A stretch of 64,000 nt of DNA from Nostoc sp. (GCA_036918135.1 JBALDB010000020.1:64001-128000), one strand, 5' to 3'; shown: positions 53,398-63,515, numbered from the stretch's first letter. Notes: generated from the letters alone by a model not told the origin. Translations and numbers: made by a program.

Positions 53398-55377
53398 ATG
53401 AATCCTGACGATTATACATTAACTGCATTTAACACACAGTGGCTCTTACAGCCAGAAGTAGAGATGAAATTTGCTCACTTCCTGATAAATCAGGCTGTAG
53501 ATGCTGCCTTCTGTTTAGGAGCAAACGCACAGTTTCTCTATGTCAACGACGCTACATGTTTGATGACTGAGTATTCGCGCGAAGAATTACTCTCAATGAC
53601 ACTGGACGATCTAGATGTAGACTTTTCTCTACACAATTGGTCAGATATTAAATTGCAAAATTCTCTTACTTTTAAATCTCGGTATCGGACAAAGGGAGGT
53701 CGGATATTTCTAGTAGAAATATCCATTACCTATGTAAAAGACCAAAATATGGAATTTGGTTGTGCCTTTGTTCGAGAGAAAACTGATGAAATAGTAGAAT
53801 TAAGCGTACAAAAGTGGACTGATGGATTCAAGGGTGCTAGAGACTATTTACAACAGGAAATTTGTGAACTCAAGGCCAAAGAAATAGAACTAGAAGCATC
53901 CCTATCTTTACTTCGCTCTACTCTCGAATCTACTGCCATTGGGATTGTTGTAGTTAACTTTGAGGGAGATATTCTGAGCTTAAATCAGAAATTTCTAGAT
54001 ATGTGGCAGATCCCAGAATCATTGATGCTATCTAAAAAATGTCCTCAATGCAAAGCCTTTTTTGAGAAGCAACTTAAAGATCCACAAGCTTTTAATCGGC
54101 TCGTTTGGGAAGTATCTAGCCAATCTGATTTCGAGAGCTATGACATTCTAGAGTTAAACGATGGAAGAGTCTTTGCACACTACTCTAAACCTCACTGGGT
54201 TGGAAGCAAAATTATTGGTAGAGTCTGGAGTATTTGGGATATTACTGAATCTAAACGAACTGAAGAAGCGTTACGCATGAACGAAGCTAGATTTCGGACT
54301 TTAGCAGAAACAACGGATGCTAGCACTTTCTTGATTCAAGGTACGCGGCTTTGCTACGTAAATCGAGCAGTAGAGCAACTGACTGGCTACACAAAACAGG
54401 AATTGCTAACAGGTTTCGATTTGCGCCGACTAATTAAGAGTAAAAAACGTAGACAGGTACGTAATCAGGGTGAAGTATCTAACTATGAATATCAAGAGAT
54501 GAATATTCTGACAAAAAACGGTACGGAACGCTGGCTAGCCTGTGCAGTTGTAATGCTGGATGGAGTGCTGGATTTTGGTGGAAAACCAGTCGAAATGATT
54601 GCAAGCATCGATATTACCGATTACAAATATGCAGAAATAAACCTTAATCAAGCTTTAGAAAAAGCAAAACAATTGAGCGAACTTAGAGCTAGCTTTCTTT
54701 CTATGGTTTGTCATCAATTCCGTACTCCACTGAATATTGTTTCATTTTCTAATAGCTTACTAAAGGAAGAAGTAGATAAACGTACACAGAAGAAAATACA
54801 ACCACTACTCGATCACATTCAAATAGCCACTGAAGAACTCAGCCAGATGTTGGATAATATTCTGTTCTTCTCTAAGGCAGAATCAGCAAAACTAAACTTT
54901 GATCCTAAACCGCTTGAGATAGTTCAATTATGTCATGATATAGTTGCACAAATGCAGATGAATGTTAACCAAAAGCAAATAAACTTTATCAGTCAAGAGA
55001 ACTCTTTAATAGCTTGTATAGATAAAAAACTGTTAGAACCTATTTTGAAGAATTTGCTTGATAATGCAATTAAATATTCTCCTGGCAGTTTAGTAGTTGA
55101 TTTGAAACTATCATGGAATAAGGAGAAAGTAATTTTCCAGGTAAAAGATAGAGGAATTGGTATTTCGCTAGTGGATCAGCAACGACTATTTGAGCCATTT
55201 TTTAGAGGTAGTAATATCGATCATATACCTGGTACTGGACTGGGGCTATCGATTCTTAAAACTCTTGTAGACTTACATCAAGGTCGAGTTTCTGTAGAAA
55301 GCGAAGTTGATGTGGGCAGTACCTTTACTGTGATGTTGCCAATAATTAAATCAAAGTTCACCAATTCTGAATTATGA
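53398..55377 (+). CDS. Multi-PAS sensor histidine kinase of the scytonemin two-component system
   Basis: Three PAS-like segments, H-box CHQFRTPL, N-box NLLDNAIKYS, DRGIG, GTGLGL; divergent from scyA; no TM segment. Confidence 0.92.
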   Translation: MNPDDYTLTAFNTQWLLQPEVEMKFAHFLINQAVDAAFCLGANAQFLYVNDATCLMTEYSREELLSMTLDDLDVDFSLHNWSDIKLQNSLTFKSRYRTKGGRIFLVEISITYVKDQNMEFGCAFVREKTDEIVELSVQKWTDGFKGARDYLQQEICELKAKEIELEASLSLLRSTLESTAIGIVVVNFEGDILSLNQKFLDMWQIPESLMLSKKCPQCKAFFEKQLKDPQAFNRLVWEVSSQSDFESYDILELNDGRVFAHYSKPHWVGSKIIGRVWSIWDITESKRTEEALRMNEARFRTLAETTDASTFLIQGTRLCYVNRAVEQLTGYTKQELLTGFDLRRLIKSKKRRQVRNQGEVSNYEYQEMNILTKNGTERWLACAVVMLDGVLDFGGKPVEMIASIDITDYKYAEINLNQALEKAKQLSELRASFLSMVCHQFRTPLNIVSFSNSLLKEEVDKRTQKKIQPLLDHIQIATEELSQMLDNILFFSKAESAKLNFDPKPLEIVQLCHDIVAQMQMNVNQKQINFISQENSLIACIDKKLLEPILKNLLDNAIKYSPGSLVVDLKLSWNKEKVIFQVKDRGIGISLVDQQRLFEPFFRGSNIDHIPGTGLGLSILKTLVDLHQGRVSVESEVDVGSTFTVMLPIIKSKFTNSEL

Positions 55378-55514
55378 GTGTTGAAATCAAAATAATTGTT
55401 ATTTAATATTTTGACATTTCTAACTCTCAAAAAAAGTAATTAATCTCATTTCTATTTTTACACTTAGGAAAGACTCAAGCAATTTATCGCAAAAAGTTTT
55501 GGTGAGAGTAAATA

Positions 55515-56399
55515 ATGTACGAATCGTCAAAGAAAATTCTTGTCATTGAAGATGATAACGTTACCCGCAATCTTTATTTAAAGGGTCTTAAAGCTAAAGG
55601 TTTTGAGCCACTAGGTGCTAATAATGGTCTTGCTGGTATTCAACAAGCACAAGAGTCTATACCAGATTTAGTAATTTGCGATATTACGATGCCCGATATG
55701 GATGGTTATAGCGTTCTAGCTACGCTACGCCAAAATCCTCAGACAGCGATTATTCCCTTCATTTTTCTGACTGGTAGTAGCACCAGAGCAGATGTTCGCA
55801 AAGCTATGGAATTGGGGGCAGATGACTATCTTACCAAACCCTCTACACTAGAGGAATTGCTCAGAGCGATCGCTACCCGACTGGAAAAGCAAGCTAATCT
55901 CCGATACTGGTGTGCGATTCAATTCGATAAACCTGCAAAATCAGTATTTGTAGATAATGATACTATAGCGGCTGAAGATGGTAATGTTGACGTTGGTGTT
56001 GGCGCAGCGTCCCCAAAAGAAGCCTCCGATCCAGAATCCATTATTTTTCCTTGCATTCCTGAATTAAAAGAAGTTTTTGACTTCATCGAAGCCCATTATC
56101 ACCAAGGAATTACTTTGTGTGATGTGGCTGTTGCAGTTGGTTACTCACCAGCTTACTTAACTAACCGAGTAGCGAGGCAAACAGGAGAGACTGTTAACTG
56201 CTGGATTGTAAAACGTCGAATGGCAGGAGCTCGTTCCTTACTGCAAAATAATAATCAGACGATAGAGAAAATTGCTAAAGCACTGGGTTATCAAGATGTA
56301 TCCCATTTCTCCCGCCAGTTTCGCCAACATCACGGTTTGCCTCCTCAGGCTTGGCGCAAAGAGAATCAGGTTGTATCGGAAAAACAGTTGAACTATTAG
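55515..56399 (+). CDS. Response regulator, receiver plus AraC HTH (scytonemin regulator)
   Basis: LVIEDD, ICDITMP, YLTKP; C-terminal IAKALGYQDVSHFSRQFRQHHGLPP. Confidence 0.92.
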   Translation: MYESSKKILVIEDDNVTRNLYLKGLKAKGFEPLGANNGLAGIQQAQESIPDLVICDITMPDMDGYSVLATLRQNPQTAIIPFIFLTGSSTRADVRKAMELGADDYLTKPSTLEELLRAIATRLEKQANLRYWCAIQFDKPAKSVFVDNDTIAAEDGNVDVGVGAASPKEASDPESIIFPCIPELKEVFDFIEAHYHQGITLCDVAVAVGYSPAYLTNRVARQTGETVNCWIVKRRMAGARSLLQNNNQTIEKIAKALGYQDVSHFSRQFRQHHGLPPQAWRKENQVVSEKQLNY

Positions 56400-56423
56400 T
56401 CAATGAAAGTCACTTTCTCATAC

Positions 56424-57221
56424 TTAGGCTAATGGCTTCTCAACATCCTCCTGCGTCTGTGTTGCAGCCTGTTCTCGTTGTGCAGACATGATTTGTTTTT
56501 GCTGTTCTTGTAGCCAAGTTTCAAACAGCTCATTCAGTAAGCGGGTTTTCATCAATTCATCCAATTGTGCGGGGATAAATTTTTCTAACCGCAAAATCAC
56601 AAACCAATCAGCGATGCGGGTAGGGGGTAATATTTGACCTGGTTGACTGCTAGAGAGCATTTGCACCATTAGCGGATGTAGTGCATTCAGTTCAACTGGG
56701 CCTACTAAACCGCCAGTTTGGGCTTCTGGGCCGAGTGAATATTCCCGCGCCAAATCAGCAAAAGAGTTTTCTTTAGCTTGAATCCGAAAGTAAAGTTCTT
56801 GAGCAATTCCCACATCCTGGGTTCGCAGTAGAGAATAAATTACTTTGTCAAGTTTTGACTTGGACTGAAAAAAGTACGATTCCAGCTTATTACCCCAAGT
56901 CGCTTGCTTAAATTTTTCAATTTTCAGCTTTCGAGTGGTAATCCCTTCTAATTGTTCATAAGTCACACCTTGACGTGCCATCCAAGCTTGAACGTCTTCT
57001 TCATTTTTCAATTGTTTTTCGGCGTAAAACTGCTGTTTAGCTTGGGCTACTTCTTCAGGTGTAAACTCGATTACGACATTAGCAGAGCGTGAGCTTTGCT
57101 CGATCGCTTCATCAACGATTAATTCTCGCTGCAATTGTGGCAGCATTTGATAACTTGCCAGTAAAGAAATCAGTTCACTAGCTGCGATTGTACGATTACC
57201 GATTTGGAGCGCTTGAGTCAT
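56424..57221 (-). CDS. PpiC/parvulin-type peptidylprolyl isomerase
   Basis: AQELYFRI...SFADLAREYS.GPEAQTGG.VGP. Confidence 0.85.
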   Translation of the reverse strand: MTQALQIGNRTIAASELISLLASYQMLPQLQRELIVDEAIEQSSRSANVVIEFTPEEVAQAKQQFYAEKQLKNEEDVQAWMARQGVTYEQLEGITTRKLKIEKFKQATWGNKLESYFFQSKSKLDKVIYSLLRTQDVGIAQELYFRIQAKENSFADLAREYSLGPEAQTGGLVGPVELNALHPLMVQMLSSSQPGQILPPTRIADWFVILRLEKFIPAQLDELMKTRLLNELFETWLQEQQKQIMSAQREQAATQTQEDVEKPLA

Positions 57222-57405
57222 TACCTTTAGGGCATCTTAAGAATATCTGGTGTGTCAAAGAAGCTATACCGTAGCCGATGGGAACTTTTGCCTTAGTCCC
57301 ACTGAGTTAGGTACGCTAACTTCAGTTTGGGAATAGTTAATATAGTGATTCGCTAACATACTTTAAAATATACAATTTATCTGAGTTTTTATCAAAGATT
57401 CTACG

Positions 57406-57514
57406 TATAGCCGTGGTCATATAGGTTAGGACATAATAACAAGCGTGAATGTCAGGAAGAGTAATGTTTTTACCTCCTGCCTCCAGCAAGAACTGCCCCC
57501 TGCCTCCTGCTATA
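57406..57514 (+). repeat. Miniature dispersed element, family A, copy 2
   Basis: TATAGCCGTGGTCATATAGGTTAGGACATAATAACAAGCGTGAATG...CTGCTATA. Confidence 0.85.
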
Positions 57515-57672
57515 AAAACCAGCAGATATAAACAAACAGTAAAGTAGATCTGGAGATTGTCAGAATTTGTTAAGATATATTAAAATTTATTAGATACCCA
57601 AAAAGATAACGTATTAAATACTACATTATTCATGAGGGGTTTACGTATTTCACAACCAAAGAATCCGATCGT

Positions 57673-58089
57673 TTACAACGACTCTAGGTAGCTCAAAAGG
57701 TCTGCCATTTCTTGGGCACTAGGCTGGAACTTTGGCATTGGGGGCGTTTCGCCACTAATAACTTGATGAATCAATCCATAGCGAGACTTGTGCTTAGAGA
57801 CAGCTTGCAAACTAGGCCCCACTCGTCCGTCTGCTTCTAAGCCATGACAGCCAGCACAATTAATTTGAAAAATAGCGTGTCCTTGAATTGGGTTTCCTGT
57901 TAGGGATAAAACACTCTTAACATAAGGATCGGAGGCTTGAACCAAATGAACACCAAAAAAGCCCAAAGGGACTGCTAGCAGGATGGCCAGCGTCAACAAA
58001 ACGATGCGTTGAATCAATATTTCAGGTTTGGTAATCTGGTTATTCAAAAGGTTTGCAGTGAAGGTTTTGGTGTGCTGAAAAGTTTTCAT
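57673..58089 (-). CDS. cytM: Cytochrome cM
   Basis: N-terminal TM, CAGCH heme motif, GPSL, PPMPKF; divergent from petG; true start probably downstream of 58089. Confidence 0.88.
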   Translation of the reverse strand: MKTFQHTKTFTANLLNNQITKPEILIQRIVLLTLAILLAVPLGFFGVHLVQASDPYVKSVLSLTGNPIQGHAIFQINCAGCHGLEADGRVGPSLQAVSKHKSRYGLIHQVISGETPPMPKFQPSAQEMADLLSYLESL

Positions 58090-58257
58090 TTCCTACACAT
58101 AGCTTAAAAGTTCTTGATTGTGTCTGCAAGCACAGAAGACAATTTTAATATAGAGGGTCGTCCTAGCAAAAGGTTATAGAACGCAGGATTCATACCGAAT
58201 TTGGTAAAATCAAAAACGGGAAACAAATATTGAATAATTGCAAAGAGGAGACTTACA

Positions 58258-58371
58258 GTGGTTGAACCCCTGCTCTCAGGTATTGTCCTTGGTCTAGTTT
58301 TCGTTACCCTTTCTGGATTGTTTTACGCTGCTTATAAGCAATTTAAGCGCTTCAATGAGCTAGGAGGGTGA
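58258..58371 (+). CDS. petG: Cytochrome b6f subunit V (not in ORF track)
   Basis: GAGGAG RBS, GTG start, [37 protein letters not shown]. Confidence 0.95.
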   Translation: MVEPLLSGIVLGLVFVTLSGLFYAAYKQFKRFNELGG

Positions 58372-58515
58372 AAGAGTGGTGACTGGTGACTGGTGAGTGG
58401 GGAGTGAAGACTTAGGAGTTAGGAGTTAGAATTTTTGCCTTGCTTCCCCTGCTCCCGGTTGGTGAGTTTCGACTACGCAAAAATCGAGCGAAGTCGAGAT
58501 TCAACTACCGCAAAG

Positions 58516-59085
58516 TCAAACCACATCTGGCTCATCCTCCTGACTCGAAATTCTGTAAAAAGTAAGTGATGTGTTGCCGTAAACTTTTTGGCGGCAAATT
58601 TCCCAATTGGGAATCTCTGGTAATGTCCAACTTTGTGAAGCGTGTTCAACTGCGATTTCGCCGCTAGGATCTAAAAGTTGATGGTGAGCAATCGCTTTTA
58701 AAACTGGCTCATACAATCCACTGGCATAAGGTGGATCGAAGTAAATTCTGTCAAATTGTTTGCCTGATAATGTCTTTAACTGCCCAATAATATCTCCCCG
58801 CATTACTCGAAATTCTTGTTCGGGATTAGCTAAGAGCTGCCAATTTTGTTGAATAGTGGCACAGGCTCGGCTCGATTTTTCAATTCCCACTACTAAGACG
58901 GCTCCTCTACATAAAGCCTCTGCGCCCATTGAACCAGTACCAGCACACAAATCTAGCCAGTGGCAACCTGTAATTTTTCCCTGCCAAATATTAAAGACTG
59001 CCTCCCTGACTCTAGCACTAGTAGGTCTAGTCTCTTTACCTGGTAAAGTTTTTAGCTGGCGGTTACCGTAAATTCTCAGGCTCAT
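58516..59085 (-). CDS. rsmD: 16S rRNA m2G966 methyltransferase
   Basis: TRPTSARVREAVFN, LDLCAGTGSMGAEAL.RGA, YFDPPY, YGNT. Confidence 0.93.
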   Translation of the reverse strand: MSLRIYGNRQLKTLPGKETRPTSARVREAVFNIWQGKITGCHWLDLCAGTGSMGAEALCRGAVLVVGIEKSSRACATIQQNWQLLANPEQEFRVMRGDIIGQLKTLSGKQFDRIYFDPPYASGLYEPVLKAIAHHQLLDPSGEIAVEHASQSWTLPEIPNWEICRQKVYGNTSLTFYRISSQEDEPDVV

Positions 59086-59126
59086 TGGTCATTAGTCATT
59101 AGTCATTAGTCATTGGTCATTGGTCA
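59086..59126. repeat. STRR heptamer tandem (T[G/A]GTCAT)n
   Basis: TGGTCAT TAGTCAT TAGTCAT TAGTCAT TGGTCAT TGGTCA; other heptamer runs at 43035-43073 (AATTAC[G/A]) and 34672-34708 (GGGGTGT). Confidence 0.85.
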
Positions 59127-59200
59127 ATATTTAATAGTCGGTGGTGATTTTCATTTATTCACAAAGGACAAAGGACAAATGACGAAGGACAAAAATATTA

Positions 59201-59836
59201 TTATGCAGGAATTTTTTCCCGTACTTGAGCAACAAAATTAGACAGGATTTGCAATCCGATATTAGAAGATTTTTCGGGATGAAATTGTACTGCCATCAGG
59301 TTTTCATGGGCGATCGCAGCTGTTACAGTTTGAGTACCGTGGGTGACGGTTGCTGCACGCATTTGCTCTTCTATGGGGTCAACATAGTAGGAATGGACAA
59401 AATACACCCAAGGATTCGAGGGTAAATGCTCCCATAAAAGACTTTTCGGTTGAGTCACTTGCAGCTGATTCCAACCCATATGAGGAATAGTAATGTCTGG
59501 TTCTGGACGAAATCGTCGTACTTTTCCTTTGATAATTCCCAGTCCTGGTTGGATACCTTCTGCACTCGATTCAAAAAGAATTTGCAATCCCAAACAGATG
59601 CCCAAAAAAGGTTTGCCAGATGCGATCGCTTCTTTAATCGGTTGTTCTAAACCACGCGATCGTAAATGTTGTACTGCGGGATCGAAAGCTCCCACTCCCG
59701 GCAGAACTATTGCATCTGCTTGCTCTAATTCTTTTGAAGAATAAGTAACATTAGGAGTTGCTCCAGCTTTTTCCAACCCTTTGCAGACTGAATGCAAATT
59801 TCCCATCTCGTAGTCTACGACCGCAATCACTGGCAT
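59201..59836 (-). CDS. hisH: Imidazole glycerol phosphate synthase glutaminase subunit
   Basis: DYEMGNLHSV, LPGVGAF, GICLGLQ, PHMGWN, YFVHSY, QFHPEKS. Confidence 0.96.
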   Translation of the reverse strand: MPVIAVVDYEMGNLHSVCKGLEKAGATPNVTYSSKELEQADAIVLPGVGAFDPAVQHLRSRGLEQPIKEAIASGKPFLGICLGLQILFESSAEGIQPGLGIIKGKVRRFRPEPDITIPHMGWNQLQVTQPKSLLWEHLPSNPWVYFVHSYYVDPIEEQMRAATVTHGTQTVTAAIAHENLMAVQFHPEKSSNIGLQILSNFVAQVREKIPA

Positions 59837-59912
59837 TTACCTGCTCCTTGTAAAATTATTATGGAGGGTTTTTCTATTCTAAATAATATTCCTATTTTAA
59901 ATAATATTTGTT

Positions 59913-60434
59913 ATGTTCAAAAGAATTCTATTAACTTCCTTTGACACTTGGCTAAGCGATCAACAGTCAAATTCATCTGATGATTTATTAATAGAAGTTA
60001 CGAAACTTCAGTTGATTCCCCATGATTTAACTTTTTTGCGTCGGTTACCCGTAGATGTGCAACTGGCCAGTTCTCAGGTAATTGAAAATATCAAGTCTAT
60101 TCAGCCCGATTACATCGTCTGTTGTGGTATGGCTGCAAGTCGCACACAATTAAGCGTGGAATTAACCGCTAGCTGTGGAGAAAGTGTTTTACATACAGAT
60201 GTTGATTTAGAAAAATTAGTCGCCAAAGCCGCAGCAATTGAGATTAGCCACGACTGCGGTAAATTTATTTGCGAGGGTCTTTACTATTGTGTGTTGGACT
60301 ACTTAAACCAAAACCAACTCTCAGCACGTTGTATCTTTGTTCACGTTCCGGTTCTCAATGGAGAAAATTTAAGTGGTATTCTTGCTGATTTCTTATTAAT
60401 TATTAATAATTTGGCACTTTCATCTAGTTATTAG
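59913..60434 (+). CDS. Pyroglutamyl-peptidase I (C15) family
   Basis: ILLTSF, NSS, LPV, CGMA, DCGKFICE, FVHVP. Confidence 0.85.
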   Translation: MFKRILLTSFDTWLSDQQSNSSDDLLIEVTKLQLIPHDLTFLRRLPVDVQLASSQVIENIKSIQPDYIVCCGMAASRTQLSVELTASCGESVLHTDVDLEKLVAKAAAIEISHDCGKFICEGLYYCVLDYLNQNQLSARCIFVHVPVLNGENLSGILADFLLIINNLALSSSY

Positions 60435-60465
60435 TGTCTCTATGTTCAAACTAATACTTAAATAA

Positions 60466-61833
60466 ATGTTGCCATTGTTACTAATTTCTCCCATAGCCCA
60501 ATTCACACCTGTTACACCACCGCCTGAAGAAGTGGTGCAATCACAACAAGTGCGTCCTTTACCAGGCAAGTTGGATACAGTGCCAACTTTTAATAGCAAT
60601 AGTCCGGAATTAGTTTTAAGAGAAGGAATTTTACTTTCGACTTTTCCAGCAGATGGTAAAAAAGTGCCAACAGCACATTTGAATTTTCCCTTTCGAGGAC
60701 GATTTGATATTTTTGCTCACCATGTTGCGAAAGCTGAACCACCAGAAAATTTACGTTCTCTTTATCTGGGGATAATTTTGCATAACCCTGGTGCGGAATC
60801 GGTGAAAGTAAATATTTTGCAGGCGGCGAGTTATTTGAGTCAACCAGATGCACCATTTATCGAATTACCATCCTTTAGCCAAAATCCTTTAGGTAAAGTT
60901 TTTGCTGGGCCGGGCGATCGCGTTATGACTGATATATTAAGAGGACAACGACAAGAAATTTTCCCTGCCCAAATAGACATCCCACCAGGGCAAAGTCGGA
61001 TGTTACTAAATTTACCAATTCCGGTGCAGGGATTGACGCCACCTCTCAATGGTCGGTCTACATTAATGCGACTGCAAAGTAATGGTACTGTTTATGCCGC
61101 TAGCCTAGCGATGTTCGCCCAGGTAAATCCTGATGGTAGCGAACGTGCGCCGACTTTGGAAGAGTGGGAAAATTTATTAGATAATGGCGGTCTGGCTGGG
61201 CCGCGCGATAAAACTCCCACTCCCCTAGAAGAAACTAACAAGCCAATAATTTATGGGCGTGTTGCTGGAGTGGTTGCTGGTTCCCAGTGGAGAGCCTTAT
61301 TAGTAGATAATCTAAAAACCAACTATTTAACGATTCCCCAACCTGGTGAAATGTTTTCCTATGCTTTGAGTACCCTGCATGGTGGTACTTTAGGAACTGG
61401 TCAAATTCAAAGTGCTAACATGCTGGTGCGCTATCCTGACACTGCATATCGCGCTCATGGTAACTATGGAATTCAATATAGTTTGAAGTTGCCGTTATAT
61501 AACAATACCCAAAGTCCGCAAACTGTGAGTGTATCGATCCAAACTCCACTTAAAGAGGAGCAATTAGTTAAACCAGGATTACGCTTTTTGAGTATACCAG
61601 CTCGTGAAGTATTCTTCCGAGGAACAGTGCGGGTACGTTACAAAGACAAGCAAAATCAACCAAAAACAGAGTTTATGCATTTAGTACAAAAGCGAGGTCA
61701 GCCAGGAGAACCCTTAGTTTCATTAAATATGAAAGCTGGCGATCGCTCTTTAGTAGAAGTAGACTTTCTCTATCCACCCGATGCTACACCACCACAAGTA
61801 TTAACAGTGTCAACTCAAGCTGAATCTCGGTAA
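60466..61833 (+). CDS. DUF3370 family protein
   Basis: VRPLPGKLD.VP.FNSNSPE, GRFDIFAHH, AHGNYG, YPPDATPPQVLTV. Confidence 0.85.
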   Translation: MLPLLLISPIAQFTPVTPPPEEVVQSQQVRPLPGKLDTVPTFNSNSPELVLREGILLSTFPADGKKVPTAHLNFPFRGRFDIFAHHVAKAEPPENLRSLYLGIILHNPGAESVKVNILQAASYLSQPDAPFIELPSFSQNPLGKVFAGPGDRVMTDILRGQRQEIFPAQIDIPPGQSRMLLNLPIPVQGLTPPLNGRSTLMRLQSNGTVYAASLAMFAQVNPDGSERAPTLEEWENLLDNGGLAGPRDKTPTPLEETNKPIIYGRVAGVVAGSQWRALLVDNLKTNYLTIPQPGEMFSYALSTLHGGTLGTGQIQSANMLVRYPDTAYRAHGNYGIQYSLKLPLYNNTQSPQTVSVSIQTPLKEEQLVKPGLRFLSIPAREVFFRGTVRVRYKDKQNQPKTEFMHLVQKRGQPGEPLVSLNMKAGDRSLVEVDFLYPPDATPPQVLTVSTQAESR

Positions 61834-62225
61834 TCAGTTATGGGTAATGGGTAAGAGCTTTTCTTTGATTACCTGTTACCAAAAAATATTTGTCATTAAT
61901 ACTACAAAAACGGGAGCGTCAAAATATAAAATATGAGAAACAATATTAAGATATTTAAATTTATAAAGGTTATTTCAAGTTTTTCTCATTTAATAAGAAA
62001 GCTCGCTTTGGTGAGAGCAATACTTGTATAGTAGATTGCAAAGCCCTATACTTTAGCTATTAAAGAATACAGCACTTTGCTTCTAAATTCCTACTCTCTG
62101 TGCAAGGCAGCTAAATTCTGAGAAATGGCGTTGAGAAATGTTAAGTAGAATTATGAAAATCTTATTTTTATATGAAAATACACTAATGCTTAAATTATTG
62201 TTGGATACTAAGACATTCACTTACA

Positions 62226-62675
62226 GTGAGACTTCTAGTCATGGCGATTCCTGACACTTCTACACTCGATGGATTGCGAGTACTATTGGTTGATGACAAT
62301 CTCGATTCCTGTGTCTGGATGACTTGTTTGCTTGAGTTTTATGGGGTCGAAGTTCATTCAACTTTCACGGTAGATCAAGCCTTAAGAGCGTTTGTCGAAC
62401 TTTGCCCAGATTTAGTAATTAGTGACATTGCCATGCCCGATGAAGATGGTTATTCGCTGCTACGTCAGATTCGGCAAATCGAAGCGCGGCTGGAAAAATC
62501 TACTCCCGTTATCGCACTCACAGCACTCGACCAGTTAGAAGCTCGATTTTCAAAGCCGGAAGCAAGGTTTGACCAATGGTTCTTAAAGCCTGTGAACACA
62601 GAAAAGTTAGTCGCGGCGATCGCTAATTTAACAGGGCGGTCAATGTTAATTGATAAATTAATTTCTTCGTATTGA
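62226..62675 (+). CDS. Single-domain response regulator
   Basis: LLVDD, VISDIAMP, IALTA, FLKP. Confidence 0.88.
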   Translation: MRLLVMAIPDTSTLDGLRVLLVDDNLDSCVWMTCLLEFYGVEVHSTFTVDQALRAFVELCPDLVISDIAMPDEDGYSLLRQIRQIEARLEKSTPVIALTALDQLEARFSKPEARFDQWFLKPVNTEKLVAAIANLTGRSMLIDKLISSY

Positions 62676-62777
62676 TAAAGCTTTTCACCTCAAGTTTGTG
62701 TATTTAGGGTGAATACTTATTCTGCTCCATGCGCTGCAATAGAAATAGCAGACTATAGCAGGCAATAAAAGGACGGC

Positions 62778-63215
62778 ATGACAACTGAGCAAAAATTCAA
62801 CCAAGAAACTAAGTTAAATTTGCTACAGCAGCTTAGTGGAATTGCGATCTTACTGGTAGAGGATGAGCCAGAGATTGCAGATTTACTCATCTTTATTTTA
62901 GAAACAGCCGGCGCACAGGTGAGAGTTTTGAGTGATGCAGAAGCAGCCTTTGCCTTAATCGAATCGCTTCATCCCGATGTTCTGCTGTGCAATATAAAGT
63001 TGCCCGTTCGTGATGGAAATTGGTTAATTGAGCAAATTCGAGTGCATTCTAACCCATCCCTAAGAGAATTGCCTGCGATCGCTATTACTTCTTATACACG
63101 CGAGGTCTCAAGTCACAAGGCTTTGAACGCTGGCTTCGATAGATTTCTAGTCAAGCTTGAGAGTCCAGAGGAAATTGTAGATGAGATTGCTCACCTGTTA
63201 TCTAGCGATCGTTAA
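62778..63215 (+). CDS. Single-domain receiver protein, phosphoacceptor Asp replaced by Asn
   Basis: LLVEDE, DVLLCNIKLP, AITS, FLVKL. Confidence 0.85.
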   Translation: MTTEQKFNQETKLNLLQQLSGIAILLVEDEPEIADLLIFILETAGAQVRVLSDAEAAFALIESLHPDVLLCNIKLPVRDGNWLIEQIRVHSNPSLRELPAIAITSYTREVSSHKALNAGFDRFLVKLESPEEIVDEIAHLLSSDR

Positions 63216-63238
63216 ATATATATAGCAATCCTATTTTA

Positions 63239-63346
63239 AAGGAACTTCAACAAATAAATTATTCCGTTTGAAGTTGCTGACTAATGACTGATGAGTGATG
63301 ACTGATGACTATGAACAGTGGGATATTTTTTATTTGTTAGTCCGTA
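63239..63346. repeat. Miniature inverted-repeat element, family B, copy 2
   Basis: GGAACTTCAACAAATAAATTATTCCGTTTGAAGTTGCTGA...GGGATATTTTTTATTTGTTAGTCC. Confidence 0.8.
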
Positions 63347-63399
63347 GAGAATATTTATCAAGTAAATTTTAAGTAGTAGCGTAGCAAGGCTAAATATGT

Positions 63400-63515
63400 T
63401 ATGGCCGTAGTCACATAGGTTAAGACATAATGACTAAGCGTGAATGCTAGGAACAGTAATAGTTATACTTTTACCTCCTGCCTCCAGCAAGAACTGCCTT
63501 CTGCCTCCTGCTATA
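63400..63515 (+). repeat. Miniature dispersed element, family A, copy 3
   Basis: TATGGCCGTAGTCACATAGGTTAAGACATAATGACTAAGCGTGAATG...CCTCCAGCAAGAACTGCC...CTGCTATA. Confidence 0.85.

Noticed and set aside
56424..57221. PPIase as part of the scytonemin system or a type I secretion operon
   Set aside because: Convergent with the regulator, and no HlyB/HlyD genes adjacent; no evidence of linkage
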